Source: Octopus vulgaris (Eukaryota). Taken from it: a DNA stretch of 64,000 bases. Made by a program: the position numbers and the translations under genes. Where the stretch lies: positions 52,390,001 through 52,454,000 of the forward strand of contig OX597822.1 of NCBI GenBank assembly GCA_951406725.2, in the 5' to 3' direction. This document shows positions 1 to 11,559 of the stretch, piece by piece. Position 1 is the first letter of the stretch. Each line of letters opens with the position of its first letter. A model generated the notes under the pieces. That model had not been told where the DNA came from and ran no database searches. It saw only the letters and a program-made list of their open reading frames with translations.

Positions 1-19
1 AATAAACACCATCTGGAGT
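1..19 (-). CDS. Gene A coding exon 5 (partial, runs off window): TPDGVY...
   Basis: Acceptor attaacAG at 20-21; phase 0 matches the donor of exon 2947-3098 and continues DDPTIFE-TPDGVY, resembling the ependymin-type DP..F..P...C end motif. Confidence 0.7.
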
Positions 20-281
20 CTGTTAATAGATATCGATAAAAACTGTAGCATCACCCTAATGTTTATATTGCTCAACAAACAAAATGAAAATGTTCTTTGT
101 TTCTTGTTGTTTCCCTTAGAAGTCAGTTACATAATTATCAATATGAATTGGTTGTGAGTCCCTGAAAATCATATCTTGATGTGGCTGTATTCTAGTAACG
201 AACACCGGTAAAAAATAAAATATAACCTTCACTACATGACATCTTAATAACCTTTTAATCGCTTCCGTTGAGAGAACAATG

Positions 282-717
282 GGATCTTTTCGGTTTGAAC
301 GGCAGTTTTTTCTAGCGGTGTCATATGAAATTGTCAACCATAATTATGACCCTAGTATCGATCTATTGCATTTCAATCTGTTTTAGGGTTAGAGTTAGTT
401 AGGGTTAGTTATGGTTAGGGGTGGGTGGAAGAGTATCTTTTTTTCTTCACAAATGTAAATAAACCCAATCTGTTTCTTAAACGAGGGACATATTCATACG
501 GCACAGAATGTGGTTTACCTCAATGGACGTCAGTGATTGGTTGAAATTGCAGAAATTGAAGAAAAAAACAACAAATATCTTACAAACTATAGAATTTTCT
601 CAATAAAGCCAAGAGTAAAAGATGTTTTATAAACACATTCTACCAGTATACGAAGTTTAACATTTTTTAGTTAGCTAGAAATTATGTTAAAAACTGCCGT
701 TCAAACCGAAAAGATCC
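282..717. mobile_element. MITE with 29-bp terminal inverted repeats and internal degenerate TTAGGG repeats
   Basis: GGATCTTTTCGGTTTGAACGGCAGTTTTT at 282-310 and its exact reverse complement at 689-717; ttagggttagagttagttagggttag near 383-420; no coding capacity. Confidence 0.8.
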
Positions 718-1088
718 GAAATATACTACTATGTAATAAGAAATTTTTACTTCGCAAACCACGTGGATCTACTTTCGATCCGATTGCGCCGCATCATTGA
801 GTGGTTACTTCCCCAAACAGTCTTCAGATGATCGAAGATTTGTGACTAATATTTGGTACATGGAAATTGTGTGAGAACCTTTTCAGTGCTACCGACCCTG
901 TTGTTATTTGGTAAACTAAATCTGTCGCCCCCTTTCCCTCTACCACCTAACCATGGACGTCTTTAACGGAGTCCATTCTGGTGTAAGCTTTCGGAACAAA
1001 ATTATTGTCCAAGATTAATTTCCTTCCTCCCGGACACCTTGAAATAGATCATGAAGCTGCCCTCTCTTATCTGAATGAGCCACGTGTA

Positions 1089-1093
<5 letters not shown>

Positions 1094-1150
<57 letters not shown>

Positions 1151-1175
1151 TGTCTGTCTGTGTCTCTGTGTGTGT
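1094..1175. repeat. (TG)n microsatellite; one of dozens of (TA)n, (TG)n, (TATG)n, (GATA/GACA)n, (TAA/TAG)n tracts in the window
   Basis: Directly visible. Confidence 0.95.
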
Positions 1176-1695
1176 ACACTATCTCGTGTGTGTCTACTTA
1201 GAGACAGCTAAGTCGAGAGTCAAACGCTGTAGACTAAGAACTGCCGACTCCATGGCTATTAGCGTGCCAACTGGTGGCAAAGCCATTCATTCATTCTGTA
1301 GATAAGATAATATATTTTATTTGAAAGAAGGATGCTCTATAAGCAAATAATAACTAAGTGTCGTTGCTCTTTTTGTTGTCTTCTCTATCCGCTTATTATA
1401 TTTCACACCTGGTAACATTAGTATCATTTGTTCTGTCTTACTGACCGGTCATTCACAAGTTCACAGTATTTCTGTAGTTGAAATGACAAGAAATATTCTG
1501 TAACTAGTTGCAACACAAGACAAAAGAGAAATTTCTTTTTACATTTTTTCGTTTCATTTTGTATTTTACCAGCTTAAACTTTTCGTCATATTGTATGAAC
1601 ACTTGTATATTTCTCTGATTGGTTCGTCTTTCGTTCCATACATTCCCTTTTCTTCTCGCATATATCTCACTACCATCGTTTTCGGTCCTATGACC

Positions 1696-1861
1696 CAGGG
1701 CCGGCTAAAGGTACAGGCAACTAGGGTAGTCGCCCGGGGCGTCATGTACTAGGGGGCGACAAGGAGGGCGTGACAAAGACAAGGAAATTTCTACGACTGT
1801 CAACTTGTACACGACGAACTTCAGCTTGTCCGGGGCACCAGCAACCCTAGGGCCGGCCTTG
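1696..1861. mobile_element. hAT-type MITE
   Basis: TIRs CAGGGCCGGC / GCCGGCCTTG; 8-bp target duplication ctatgacc / ctaagacc (7 of 8 match). Confidence 0.75.
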
Positions 1862-2946
1862 CTAAGACCTTGTATATTCTCTGATTGTTTCGATCTGTAT
1901 TTTCCATTTTTTTTTGTGCGCCCTCATCTACATATTAGCAACTCTAATAAGTTGTGTGTACTGTTGGAAGGAACCTTGTGGTCTTAGATGCCAAAATTGA
2001 CCAGTCTTGTATGAGTCTGCCTGTGCCGACTTTTCGGTTTTCCTGTCAGTCTCCTGGTCCATCTGTAGTATGTTTTGCTACACGCACGGATATACATAGA
2101 TTTAACCATCTATATCTATCTATCAGAGTAATATGAAGATATTACTATTTCCTGGTTTTATGCCAGTGCTAACTCAGGAATATTGCTCTTCAAAACCGCA
2201 CGAAGCGTACGGTAAAAACATAGGTGTTTACTGCAAAACCTTTTTGCTAAGTACCCTAGTACTATATATGGGGTGGGGTACAATGGCAGCATTTTCGTGG
2301 GAGGGGATAAGTCGATTACGGAGACTCCAGGTAATACTCAGCTGGTACTTATTTCATCGACCCCGAAAGCTACAGGGTATAGAAGATGAGCTAACATCAG
2401 AAAGCAGTGCGCTGTACTTAGAAGACGGCCTTTTTCTTACTGTCACTTATCATTTCTCAAAATACTTTTCACATCCACCACCCTATCTCAGTTGTGCACT
2501 CTTAAGATTAACGACTGTTGAAGTTGAGATACTGATATGATTTGTCGTAGCATTCAGTTTTGATAGTCTGATTTCTAGCTTTGAATCTAATTCAATTCAT
2601 TTCAACTTCTCAACTTTGTCCCATGTGTACAAGCACTAGTGATGAGTCACGATAAGGAGCCTATACGCAGTTATTTGATCAAAATTGACACCCTATATAG
2701 TCTGCAAAAAATTAAGATAATGTAGGCACAGTGAAATATAAAAATGGCCTCAGCTCGAATGTCTTTGTCGATCAGAGCTTGCAAAGGGTTAAGCTTCATC
2801 ATTATCAACAACGACATAATAACATACTCGCGTCGATTCAGTTGATTATAATCAAGACCTTGCATGTTGCCAAGCGATACAAATAAGATTTATTATAGAC
2901 GAGCGATCAAAATAAATATATATATATATATATAAAAATTACTTAC

Positions 2947-3098
2947 TTCAAAGATGGTGGGGTCATCTGGAAGACCAGAGCGGAAGTGGAAGAAATCATA
3001 AATATGATGGAAAGATGTAAACCTTGCGATTCCATCGACATCACACCGGACTGGTATATGGTAATTAGACGATTGAGCTGTCGACCAGTAGTTGTCAA
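2947..3098 (-). CDS. Gene A coding exon 4: (V)DNYWSTAQSSNYHIPVRCDVDGIARFTSFHHIYDFFHFRSGLPDDPTIFE
   Basis: Acceptor ttctttggtcttAG at 3099-3100, donor GTAAGT at 2941-2946; 152 nt, phase 1 to 0; stop-free. Confidence 0.9.
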
Positions 3099-3122
3099 CT
3101 AAGACCAAAGAAGAGGAAAAAC

Positions 3123-3156
<34 letters not shown>

Positions 3157-3173
3157 AAGAACAACAACAACAA

Positions 3174-3204
<31 letters not shown>

Positions 3205-3364
3205 AACAACAACATCAACAACTAGCTGAACCCGTGAAAAAATCACGGAAAATATGATAAGTGTAAGTATCTGAAAAATTGAGTGCAGGTGCCATGGAAA
3301 ATGTTTCTATATTGTGACAGTTAAAGGCGGCGTGCTGGCAGAATCGTTATCTGGTGTATTGCCA

Positions 3365-3598
3365 TGTTATCCGGTGTATGGCCGAATTGAAATGGGTAGA
3401 AGACCTAAAACAAATGTGTGTGTGTGTGTGTGTGTGTGCGTTCTATGTGTGGGGGCCTTTGATAGCCAGGGGTCAATTTCTGTTCAATCGTAGAAAGGAA
3501 TTCAAAGAAATTTAGCCACTCCCTATCACTCTCTCTCTCCCCTTCTTTCTCACTTGCTCGACACACACGTCAAATTTAGGTATCTTAATTATCCCATT
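3365..3598. repeat. Unclassified interspersed repeat; inverted relative at about 23745-23965
   Basis: Shared blocks such as aaatgggtagaagacctaaaacaaatg and gtcaaatttaggtatcttaatt occur reverse-complemented near 23.8-23.9 kb. Confidence 0.65.
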
Positions 3599-3849
3599 AA
3601 GATTGTTGCTGCTTCGGTGGACCAGTAGCCATGGGTGTTGAGAAGTAGTATTACAACACGTAGGTGGTCGTTTCAAATCTCTTCCAGAAATTACAAGAGA
3701 CCAAGTTTAAAAATTTTATTTAAGCAACAAAATTTCTTTCAAAACTTTCTTTCTCTTAAGTATGACACACGCATCAGGTACGTACAAAAAACAAATTAGC
3801 GTATTAATATTAATGATAATAATAGTATGTTGTTCATAGATTCCTATAT

Positions 3850-5275
3850 CTGAGCTATGCTATGTCCAACTTTACGACGCTCCTCTCAAAATTCTAGGTT
3901 TCTATACATAAATTTGTCCTCACACTGGAGTTTCGGTGAGCTTACCTTCTTCCTCTTGCCCCCTCTCCCTTTTTCCCCTCCAATCTCATTCGGTCTCCAG
4001 TGCGACTATAAACAGCCATGATGATAGGATGGCTATTTAACGGCTCCCCAAAAATGTGTAAGCCTTTTCTATTACTTCAAACTATGAAATATCACTGTGT
4101 GTGATTCAAAGATTTGAGATGTTTTTTAGAGAAATGTCTATATATTTGTATATCATTAACCACGGCATGCCCGTCCCTCCGCGTAGAGAGTGTTGGGTGC
4201 AGATGCACTCCGCTTCTCACCCCGAGAGACGTGGCACGCCGGCGAGGAGGTACGTGAGGCCCCTTCTTCATTCTGGCCCGCTGCCCCTCCCGAAAAGCAA
4301 AGCGAAATGCTCCTGAAAGACCTTACACATCTCCTCGGATTCGTTTACCAAGTTCCCTTGATTATTCATCAAAGACCTTACAATGCCATTATTGCCACGT
4401 TGTGTCTCTATCACAAGGGCCCATCCCGCAGCTTTGATTCCTTCCCGAACGATTGCAAGTTGCTTCGCCCTGACTACGCATCCTTCGTTTTGGGCCTCGA
4501 GGTGATAGTTAAGCGCCATTCTCGCAGCTAAAACTCGGGGCGCGAAGCCAGATTTCCGTGCTTTGTTTATAGCCCTAACTAAAGCCCTCCCTACTCTATT
4601 TTTCTTAGCCACTAATTCTTTGCTATACCTAGTACACTCAAATCTTATGGCTCTTTTAAGGGCACAGCACTATTTGTTGTTAATAATGGCACCACACAAT
4701 GCCCGCATCACTAACTGCCTAATCCGATTCCTGCACTCCTCATAAACCAAACGTGGCTTATTGACTTTCAGTAGCCAGATATCTGTCTACGTAACGTATT
4801 TATGTCCAGCCTACAGGTCACAAATTTGTGATCACTGTAGCTGACATAGTGAAATTGTGGACGACTAACTAGGTTTTTGTGTATTTCCCTAATTAGAATC
4901 CTGTCTAAGTAAGATCTAGATGACCCATCGTTATTAGACCATGTCCACAATGGAGCATCTGGGACATCTAGTCTGTATCTATTTGCTAGCCGAAATCGAC
5001 TGAGTAGATTACTGAAGCACAGGTTTTCCCTCCTATCAGTAGACGAGTTAACGTAATCTACGCGTGCATCGCAAATCACGTTAAAGTCAGCTAACATCAC
5101 TATGGTGTGAGACGTCCCAAGAAACTTCTCCAGGCCTCGAAAAAAATCAGACTGTCCAGTTCCCGAGTGAGCATAGACAGCTACCAGCCTGAAGACCGCC
5201 GCTTAGTGTCACGTCAAGAACGACCAACCTACCTTCCGGGTCGCTGAAGATAGTTCTTGTCTCTAAATCCAGGAA
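3850..5275 (-). mobile_element. Degenerate L1/Tx1-type LINE (APE endonuclease and linker, internally deleted)
   Basis: Motifs DPEGRLVVLDV, ADFN, WTWSN, SYLDRILI, YSDHKFV; frameshifts and stops. Confidence 0.8.
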
Positions 5276-6159
5276 AGCAGTGATAACAAGAAAACATATT
5301 CGAAAAAAAAACAAGTGTGAAAGCAACATTATCACCACGCCTCACGCTGCTACAAATACGAGCAAAAACAACAATGACAAGCAAATGAGAGAGAACATTG
5401 AAACCGACGCCGCCACTTCCATTTTAAAACATTAAAAACAATAAACAGTGCCGCTTGCAAGCAAAGAGTAAACGGCTTAGCAAATATTTATAGAAAGCTA
5501 GAGGCAGCTAATTTTTTATTATTTTTTACTGAATAGGAACTAAGAAATACAAAAACGCGTTTCACCAAGTATGACAAAGCAATATACCTAAACACGCAAC
5601 AAATTCTAAAGGAAATGTTAAGAAAAACAATTTTATCTATTTGTGTGAGTGTGTGTACGTGCGTGTGTGTGTGTGTCTTGGGCGGTTGTGAGTGTGTGTG
5701 TGTACAGCACTCAAAATGAGGTGACTTGAGCGAGCAATGCAGGCGTAGATTGAAAAATCTGGGGTATAAAGACCTCAATGCAGACATCAAAATGAGTGAT
5801 TGATATTATACTGACGAGAGGAGCCAATGAAATCTCGAAATGTTTCTTTAGCATACAACATATATCAACCAAACGTAAATCTCACATTACTGTCTCGAAA
5901 ATTAAAGGTCACATTGTATACTATAATCTTAAGTATACCACGAAAGACAGAATGCTCGTGGTCGGAATGACTTTGATTCTCGGTTTACTGGGAATACTAA
6001 TATCAACAACAATAAAAACAGCTGGAAACGAATATAAAAATGTTTAAACATCATGCAAAACTGGACGTCATAAAAGGAGATAATAAAGGAAAGGAACGTT
6101 CGGTGGGATGGTGTGTGGGAGAAGACTCGTCCAACTATGCAATCGGGGAAACGATCAAA

Positions 6160-6310
6160 GTGATGATGATGATGAGGAGGAGGAAGAGGAGGAGGAGGAG
6201 GAGGATGACGACGATGACGATGACGACGACGATGAAGATGATGATGATGGAGGTAGTGGTAATGATGATGATGAAGGTGGTGGTGATGGTGGTGATGATG
6301 ATGATGATAT
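6160..6310. repeat. Mixed (GAT/GAG/GAC/GGT)n triplet repeat
   Basis: Directly visible. Confidence 0.9.
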
Positions 6311-6345
6311 TTTAATAAGCTTTCGATTCATATTTAATTACTTAC

Positions 6346-6573
6346 CTGCAAAATACCAATGAACATTCATCTTAGCACTAAAAACGCTCCATTCCTGGCA
6401 TGACTTCCAATGGAAGCATGGAATACCACGTATTGTTTCTGTTCCCATATAAACGCCACGATCTTCGAGAAAAAGCATCCTCGCCGGAGAAAACATAACA
6501 CTGCTGCCGTTTCTTGGCTGTCCAATTATCAGTGAATTTTGATCCGTGCTGAGATCCGAAACAGTACAGACGG
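6346..6573 (-). CDS. Gene A coding exon 3: (S)VCTVSDLSTDQNSLIIGQPRNGSSVMFSPARMLFLEDRGVYMGTETIRGIPCFHWKSCQEWSVFSAKMNVHWYFA
   Basis: Acceptor ttttatatcatcAG at 6574-6575, donor GTAAGT at 6340-6345; 228 nt, phase 1 to 1; Y.G..TIRGI.C..W and WYF motifs. Confidence 0.92.
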
Positions 6574-6667
6574 CTGATGATATAAAAGAGACATTTTGTG
6601 AGAACAAACAGAAGCAAGACCAAAGACAGAAATACAAAGAAATTAACATGGGCAAGGAGAGGATTAT

Positions 6668-6997
6668 AGAAGAAGAAGAAGAAGAAGAAGAAGAAGAAGA
6701 AGAAGAAGAAGAAGAAGAAGAAGAAGAAGAAGAAGAAGAAGAAGAACAAGAACAAGAAGAACAAGAACAAGAAGAACAAGAACAAGAACAAGAACAAGAA
6801 CAAGAACAAGAACAAGAACAAGAAGAACAAGAAGAACAAGAAGAACAAGAACAAGAAGAACAAGAAGAACAAGAAGAACAAGAACAAGAAGAACAAGAAC
6901 AAGAACAAGAAGAACAAGAACAAGAACAAGAAGAACAAGAAGAACAAGAAGAACAAGAAGAACAAGAAGAACAAGAAGAACAAGAACAACAACAACA
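6668..6997. repeat. (GAA)n followed by (GAA/CAA)n purine-rich tract
   Basis: Directly visible. Confidence 0.95.
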
Positions 6998-7325
6998 GGT
7001 TGATGCTGATGAAAAAGTAAAAAAGCACCTGCACAAGCACACACATATATGAGTAAACATACATATACATGATCCTATAGTATACATATTAGAGACAGAG
7101 AGTCGTGAGAAAGAGAGAGAGATGCATGCATAAATCGATAAACACATACGTATACATGTTTAAGTACGCATGTGTATGTGTGTGCGCGTGTGTGTATGTA
7201 AGGGCACATATTCGCATTTACGTTAATATTGAGTGTATGTGTGCATGTATATAGTATTTCTCTCTATCTCTCTGTACATATCATATATACATATTTTATA
7301 TATATATATATGATATATTTACATG

Positions 7326-7371
<46 letters not shown>

Positions 7372-7390
7372 ATATTTACATGATATAATA

Positions 7391-7448
<58 letters not shown>

Positions 7449-7523
7449 AGTTGTATGTAGCGATTAAAAAGCTGCCTAACCGTACTTATTCTTCCCTTTT
7501 GACCCTTTTACTTTTTACTTTTT

Positions 7524-7559
<36 letters not shown>

Positions 7560-9321
7560 GACATGTAAAGCTCGACATATACGTACATGTAAAGTTTACA
7601 TTGTATTTAGATAGGGGAAGCTTGTGAGGTACATACGCACACACACATAAATGCTGATGTATGACAGACTCCTGAGTAACTTTAAAATAATGTATAAGCT
7701 CATCTATTAGATAAATTGAAAAATTCTAGAATAAATTTCCTTTTGTGTAACCATGAAGACATCACCTCCCATTTAGAATTTGATAGGAAGCTCCATTAGG
7801 ATGTTGACTAAAGGACAGCACTTATGCTCATAGAGATATACAGAAGCAGTTTCAATATCCAAGCTGTCAATTTTATAATCGGATATATTTTTATCCTTTA
7901 AACTGTCGATGTATTTCGATAGATCATGCATGCAACAGTTTTTTGAAGATATTTGCGATGATATAGAGAGGAACATGTACATCTTTTGAGACAGTTGCTT
8001 TGAGGATAAGAATTATGTGTGGCAGAAAGCAATATTATCTTCCAATTAATCTTAGCTAATGAAGAGCTGAAGTTATCCGCAGAGCTGTAAATGACTTTAT
8101 AATTTTATAGAACTCAAGGGTACCTTGCAAGTTTCGTACTTACAAACTTTTTAAAGGACTGAGAAAAAGTTAGATGGTTTTACCGCATAGCTTATTTTCT
8201 TATTGATATTGCTAACTTGTCGAGTGAAATATATTGTCATCCACTTCAGCTCTAAACTTCCTAGCTTACTGAGAGTTCAAACGATCCCACACCACTATAG
8301 CACCACTGATATCGTCATCCTTCAAGCTGTTTGCTTTCTTATAAATACGACAAAATTCATGTCCAGGCAAACAACATTCGGAACGCAATTCATAATCCCT
8401 GTCTCCTTTCCTCTTACCATTTCTCTCGTTTTGTCTTTCACAACATTGCTCTATCAAAGCAATACTGAGCAACTAAAACACATATATTCATTTTGCTGAA
8501 TTCGGTACGTAACCTTTTCATTTGTAAATTGCATCAATATGAAAGATTTCACTGCTATTTCTAGCACGCGCTGCTACTACGTAACGGCTTTTCGCAAATA
8601 CCTGCTCAGTGGTAGCACGACGTGCTACAAATACCAACCAAATCGGTTAATGTTTACAAGTACACCTGCATATCAACTCCCAACACTTTTCTTTCTTTCT
8701 TTTCCAGCGGATTCTGATGCTTTCAACCACAGAATTCCAATTATGCAAAAATAATATCTTTCATTTTCAATTCCCTGTCTCTACTCCAAATTTTTACATT
8801 TTCACTTCTTTCAAAATAATTCTTTACTTCTTCCCTAATGCGGGCGCCGAGCAATCTTCTACATTGCTTCAGTCAATTTCTTACATTTTCAATTCTTTTC
8901 AGTTTCTTTCATTAAGAATAGGAAAACAGGGTACCGAGCGAAAACAGTCACAGTTTTTCCCGTTTTCTTCACATTAAAATTTACCGATATTCTTTTGTTT
9001 CTTCACTTGTGCAGGCCTGCAGACCTACTAACTTACCCTCAACCATTCCTACACTTATTCCACTAAGGAAATATCAAACATTTTGACTACTATTTCTAGC
9101 ACGCGCTGCTACCACGTAACAGCATTTAGCAAATGCCTGTTCAGTGGTAGCACCCAAAATTTATGTCCACTCAAACGACAACATTCCCAACGCAATTCAT
9201 AACCACTTTCTCCGTTGCTCTTACCATTTCTCTCGCCTTGCATTTTACAACTGTTTCCATTTTCATTTTAATGTCATAACACTAACATCATCTTATTTTA
9301 CACATTTACATCTCTACTACC

Positions 9322-9553
9322 TATTTCTTTACTACCCACAAGGGGCTAAACACAGAGGGGACAAACAAGGACAGACAGAGGAATTAAGTCGATTACATCG
9401 ACTCCAGTGGGAAACTGGTATTTTGTTTATCGACCCCGAAAGGATGAAAGGCAAAGTCGACCTCGGCGGAATTTGAACTCAGAACGTAACGATAGACGAA
9501 ATACGGCTACGCATTTCGCCCGGCGTGCTAACGTTTCCGCCAGCTCGCCGCCC
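9322..9553 (-). mobile_element. tRNA-derived SINE family B (core GCCTTTCATCCTTTCGGGGTCGATAAA), full length with TSD
   Basis: Head GGCGGCGAGCTGGC, B-box-like GAGTTCAAATTCC; 17-bp TSD tttacatctctactacc at 9305-9321 and 9554-9570. Confidence 0.9.
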
Positions 9554-9659
9554 TTTACATCTCTACTACCAGTTCACTATTACCGCAGCAGCTGCAAGTT
9601 TGCAACTTATCTACAGTTACATACTAACCCTTCAATTAATATTTAATACTTAACAGTGT

Positions 9660-10590
9660 ATCTCACTGCATTCCATCATGCTAATGGAAACGTTAACCCT
9701 ACTCCGCTGCAGGATCCACCACAGCTTTTGAAGTCACTCTACGCTGGCACAACTACAGAGTCGAAATATTTCCTCAATAACATCCGGAAGAACAATTGTG
9801 AATTCCAAATGACATCTTTCGGCGCTAATGTTGTTCAAGAAGGCGGGTTCATGCCTACTTTCAAAGTGCGGAGACATATTTACCATAGGATAGGATCACT
9901 CGAACCTGCTGAAAATCAAGATCCCCAATTCCTTCAACTGTACTTTGTAGGCAATTTACATGAACAAGCCACCTGACGAAACTTTATTTCCACTGGCACT
10001 AACTTTTTCACCTGATAATGCAACTGCAAGACCTTTTGCACTAGAAAAATAGCTACGTTCGCAGCTTCAAGTATGCCTTGGAAACAGAAGCTTCATCAAA
10101 TTTTAATGTTATCATTAATGCTCAGAAAATACCAACTAAGGAACATACAGGCCGTTACAATGCACCCACATGCAATGAAATAGCTGTACTCCTTCACGGT
10201 GAACAGCAAAAATCCCAGAGACATTGTCCTTAGGCGATGTAACAACACCCTCCAACTAATTAGTGAAACACACCGATCATACGATACGCTTCAATATCTA
10301 CTACTGTTTATTAATGATGAGGCCGGCTATACTACAGCAAGATCCCCAAAATCGTAATGAACATCTCAACAAACTAGTACCCTGCATGGACATCTACTCA
10401 TACCGATTTATGACTCGAAATAACTGCTGTAATCACCTCCACCAGTTTCGAGAGCTGTTTCATCAATTTGCAGTTGATATGTGCGCAAATATGGAATCAG
10501 AGAAATTGTTTCATCAGGTCACATCAAAAGAAATTGCGCTCTGACAGCAATATCCACCTCCGAGACGCCATCAACAATGATGCTGATCCA
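9660..10590 (+). mobile_element. Helitron Rep/helicase N-terminal region, pseudogenised
   Basis: FLNNIRK.N..FQMTSFGA, FMPTFKV...IYHRIGSL, PQFLQLYF, GRYNAPTCNEIAV, SETHRSYDTLQY, LFHQFAVDM; stops and frameshifts. Confidence 0.85.
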
Positions 10591-10595
10591 ACAAG

Positions 10596-11189
10596 TTCGT
10601 GAGAATGGAGAGAAGAGCAGATGTCAACTCGAGATTTGCGGACAATTCATGAGGCACCCATTTTCCAAGTTTAGGAACCTTTCTAAGTTGTTGAAGATGA
10701 GGATGAACAGTTGTATGGTTTGAACTAAGCTTTATTGCCAATTCTTTAACTGATAATGCAAGATTTTCTTCAAGTAATGCCTCCAGGAGCTTATCATCAA
10801 ACTCAACTGGATGTCCTGTTCGTTCTTAATCTTCAAGGCTGAAATCTTTACTTCTGAATTTCGCACACCTTCTTCTGCAAATTCTTTCATTCAAGCATTC
10901 TTTCCCATAAACTGAGTGTATATTTCGAGTTGCTTCGGCTGCAGAGTTTCCTTTTTTGTACTCATAAAGAATTATGTACCTCAAATGCTCTTTGGATACT
11001 TTCATGTTAGAAAGGGTCTTAATCAAAGAAATTTCAATTCTATTATTCTGTAAAATAATATTTAATTAGTTTAAATATACATAAATGCATAAAAAATAGT
11101 TTTAAATTCCATTAGACATTCTAAAATACGGTTACATTTCATTCAATTTTAAAAAAGGTAAAATCGGACAGAACTTATTCGATGACCTG
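10596..11189 (-). mobile_element. mariner transposon 5' fragment (TIR plus HTH part of transposase)
   Basis: HLRYIILYEYKKGNSAAEATRNI..VYG, WVPHELS motif; TIR-like caggtcatcgaataagttctgtccgattt at 11161-11189. Confidence 0.85.
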
Positions 11190-11559
11190 GGGCATAAAGA
11201 CCTCAAGGCAGACATCAAAATGAGAGATTGATATTATACTGATGAGAGGAGCCAATGAAATCTCGAAATGTTTCTTTAACATACAACATATATCAACCGA
11301 AAGTAAATCTCACATTACTGTCTTGAAAATTAAAGGCCACATCCTCGGATTCGTTTATCAAGTTCCCTTGATTATTCATCAAGGACCTTATTATGCCAAA
11401 GACACATACACACACGCACGCACACACACTCACCCGCACGCACATACACAATCTTCTTCAGCCGTTACGTAGTAGCAGCGCGTGCTACAAATAGCAGTGA
11501 AACTCAAGCAAACATTATTGTGAATTTGTTGTTATAGGGAGATTTTGCTGTAATGTAAA

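Noticed and set aside
6040-7147. Poly-E/Q, poly-D and Cys/Ser-rich (metallothionein-like) ORFs
   Set aside because: Triplet microsatellite translations; only 6346-6573 is bounded by splice sites
7750-8500. Possible hAT transposase remnant
   Set aside because: No motif recognised with confidence
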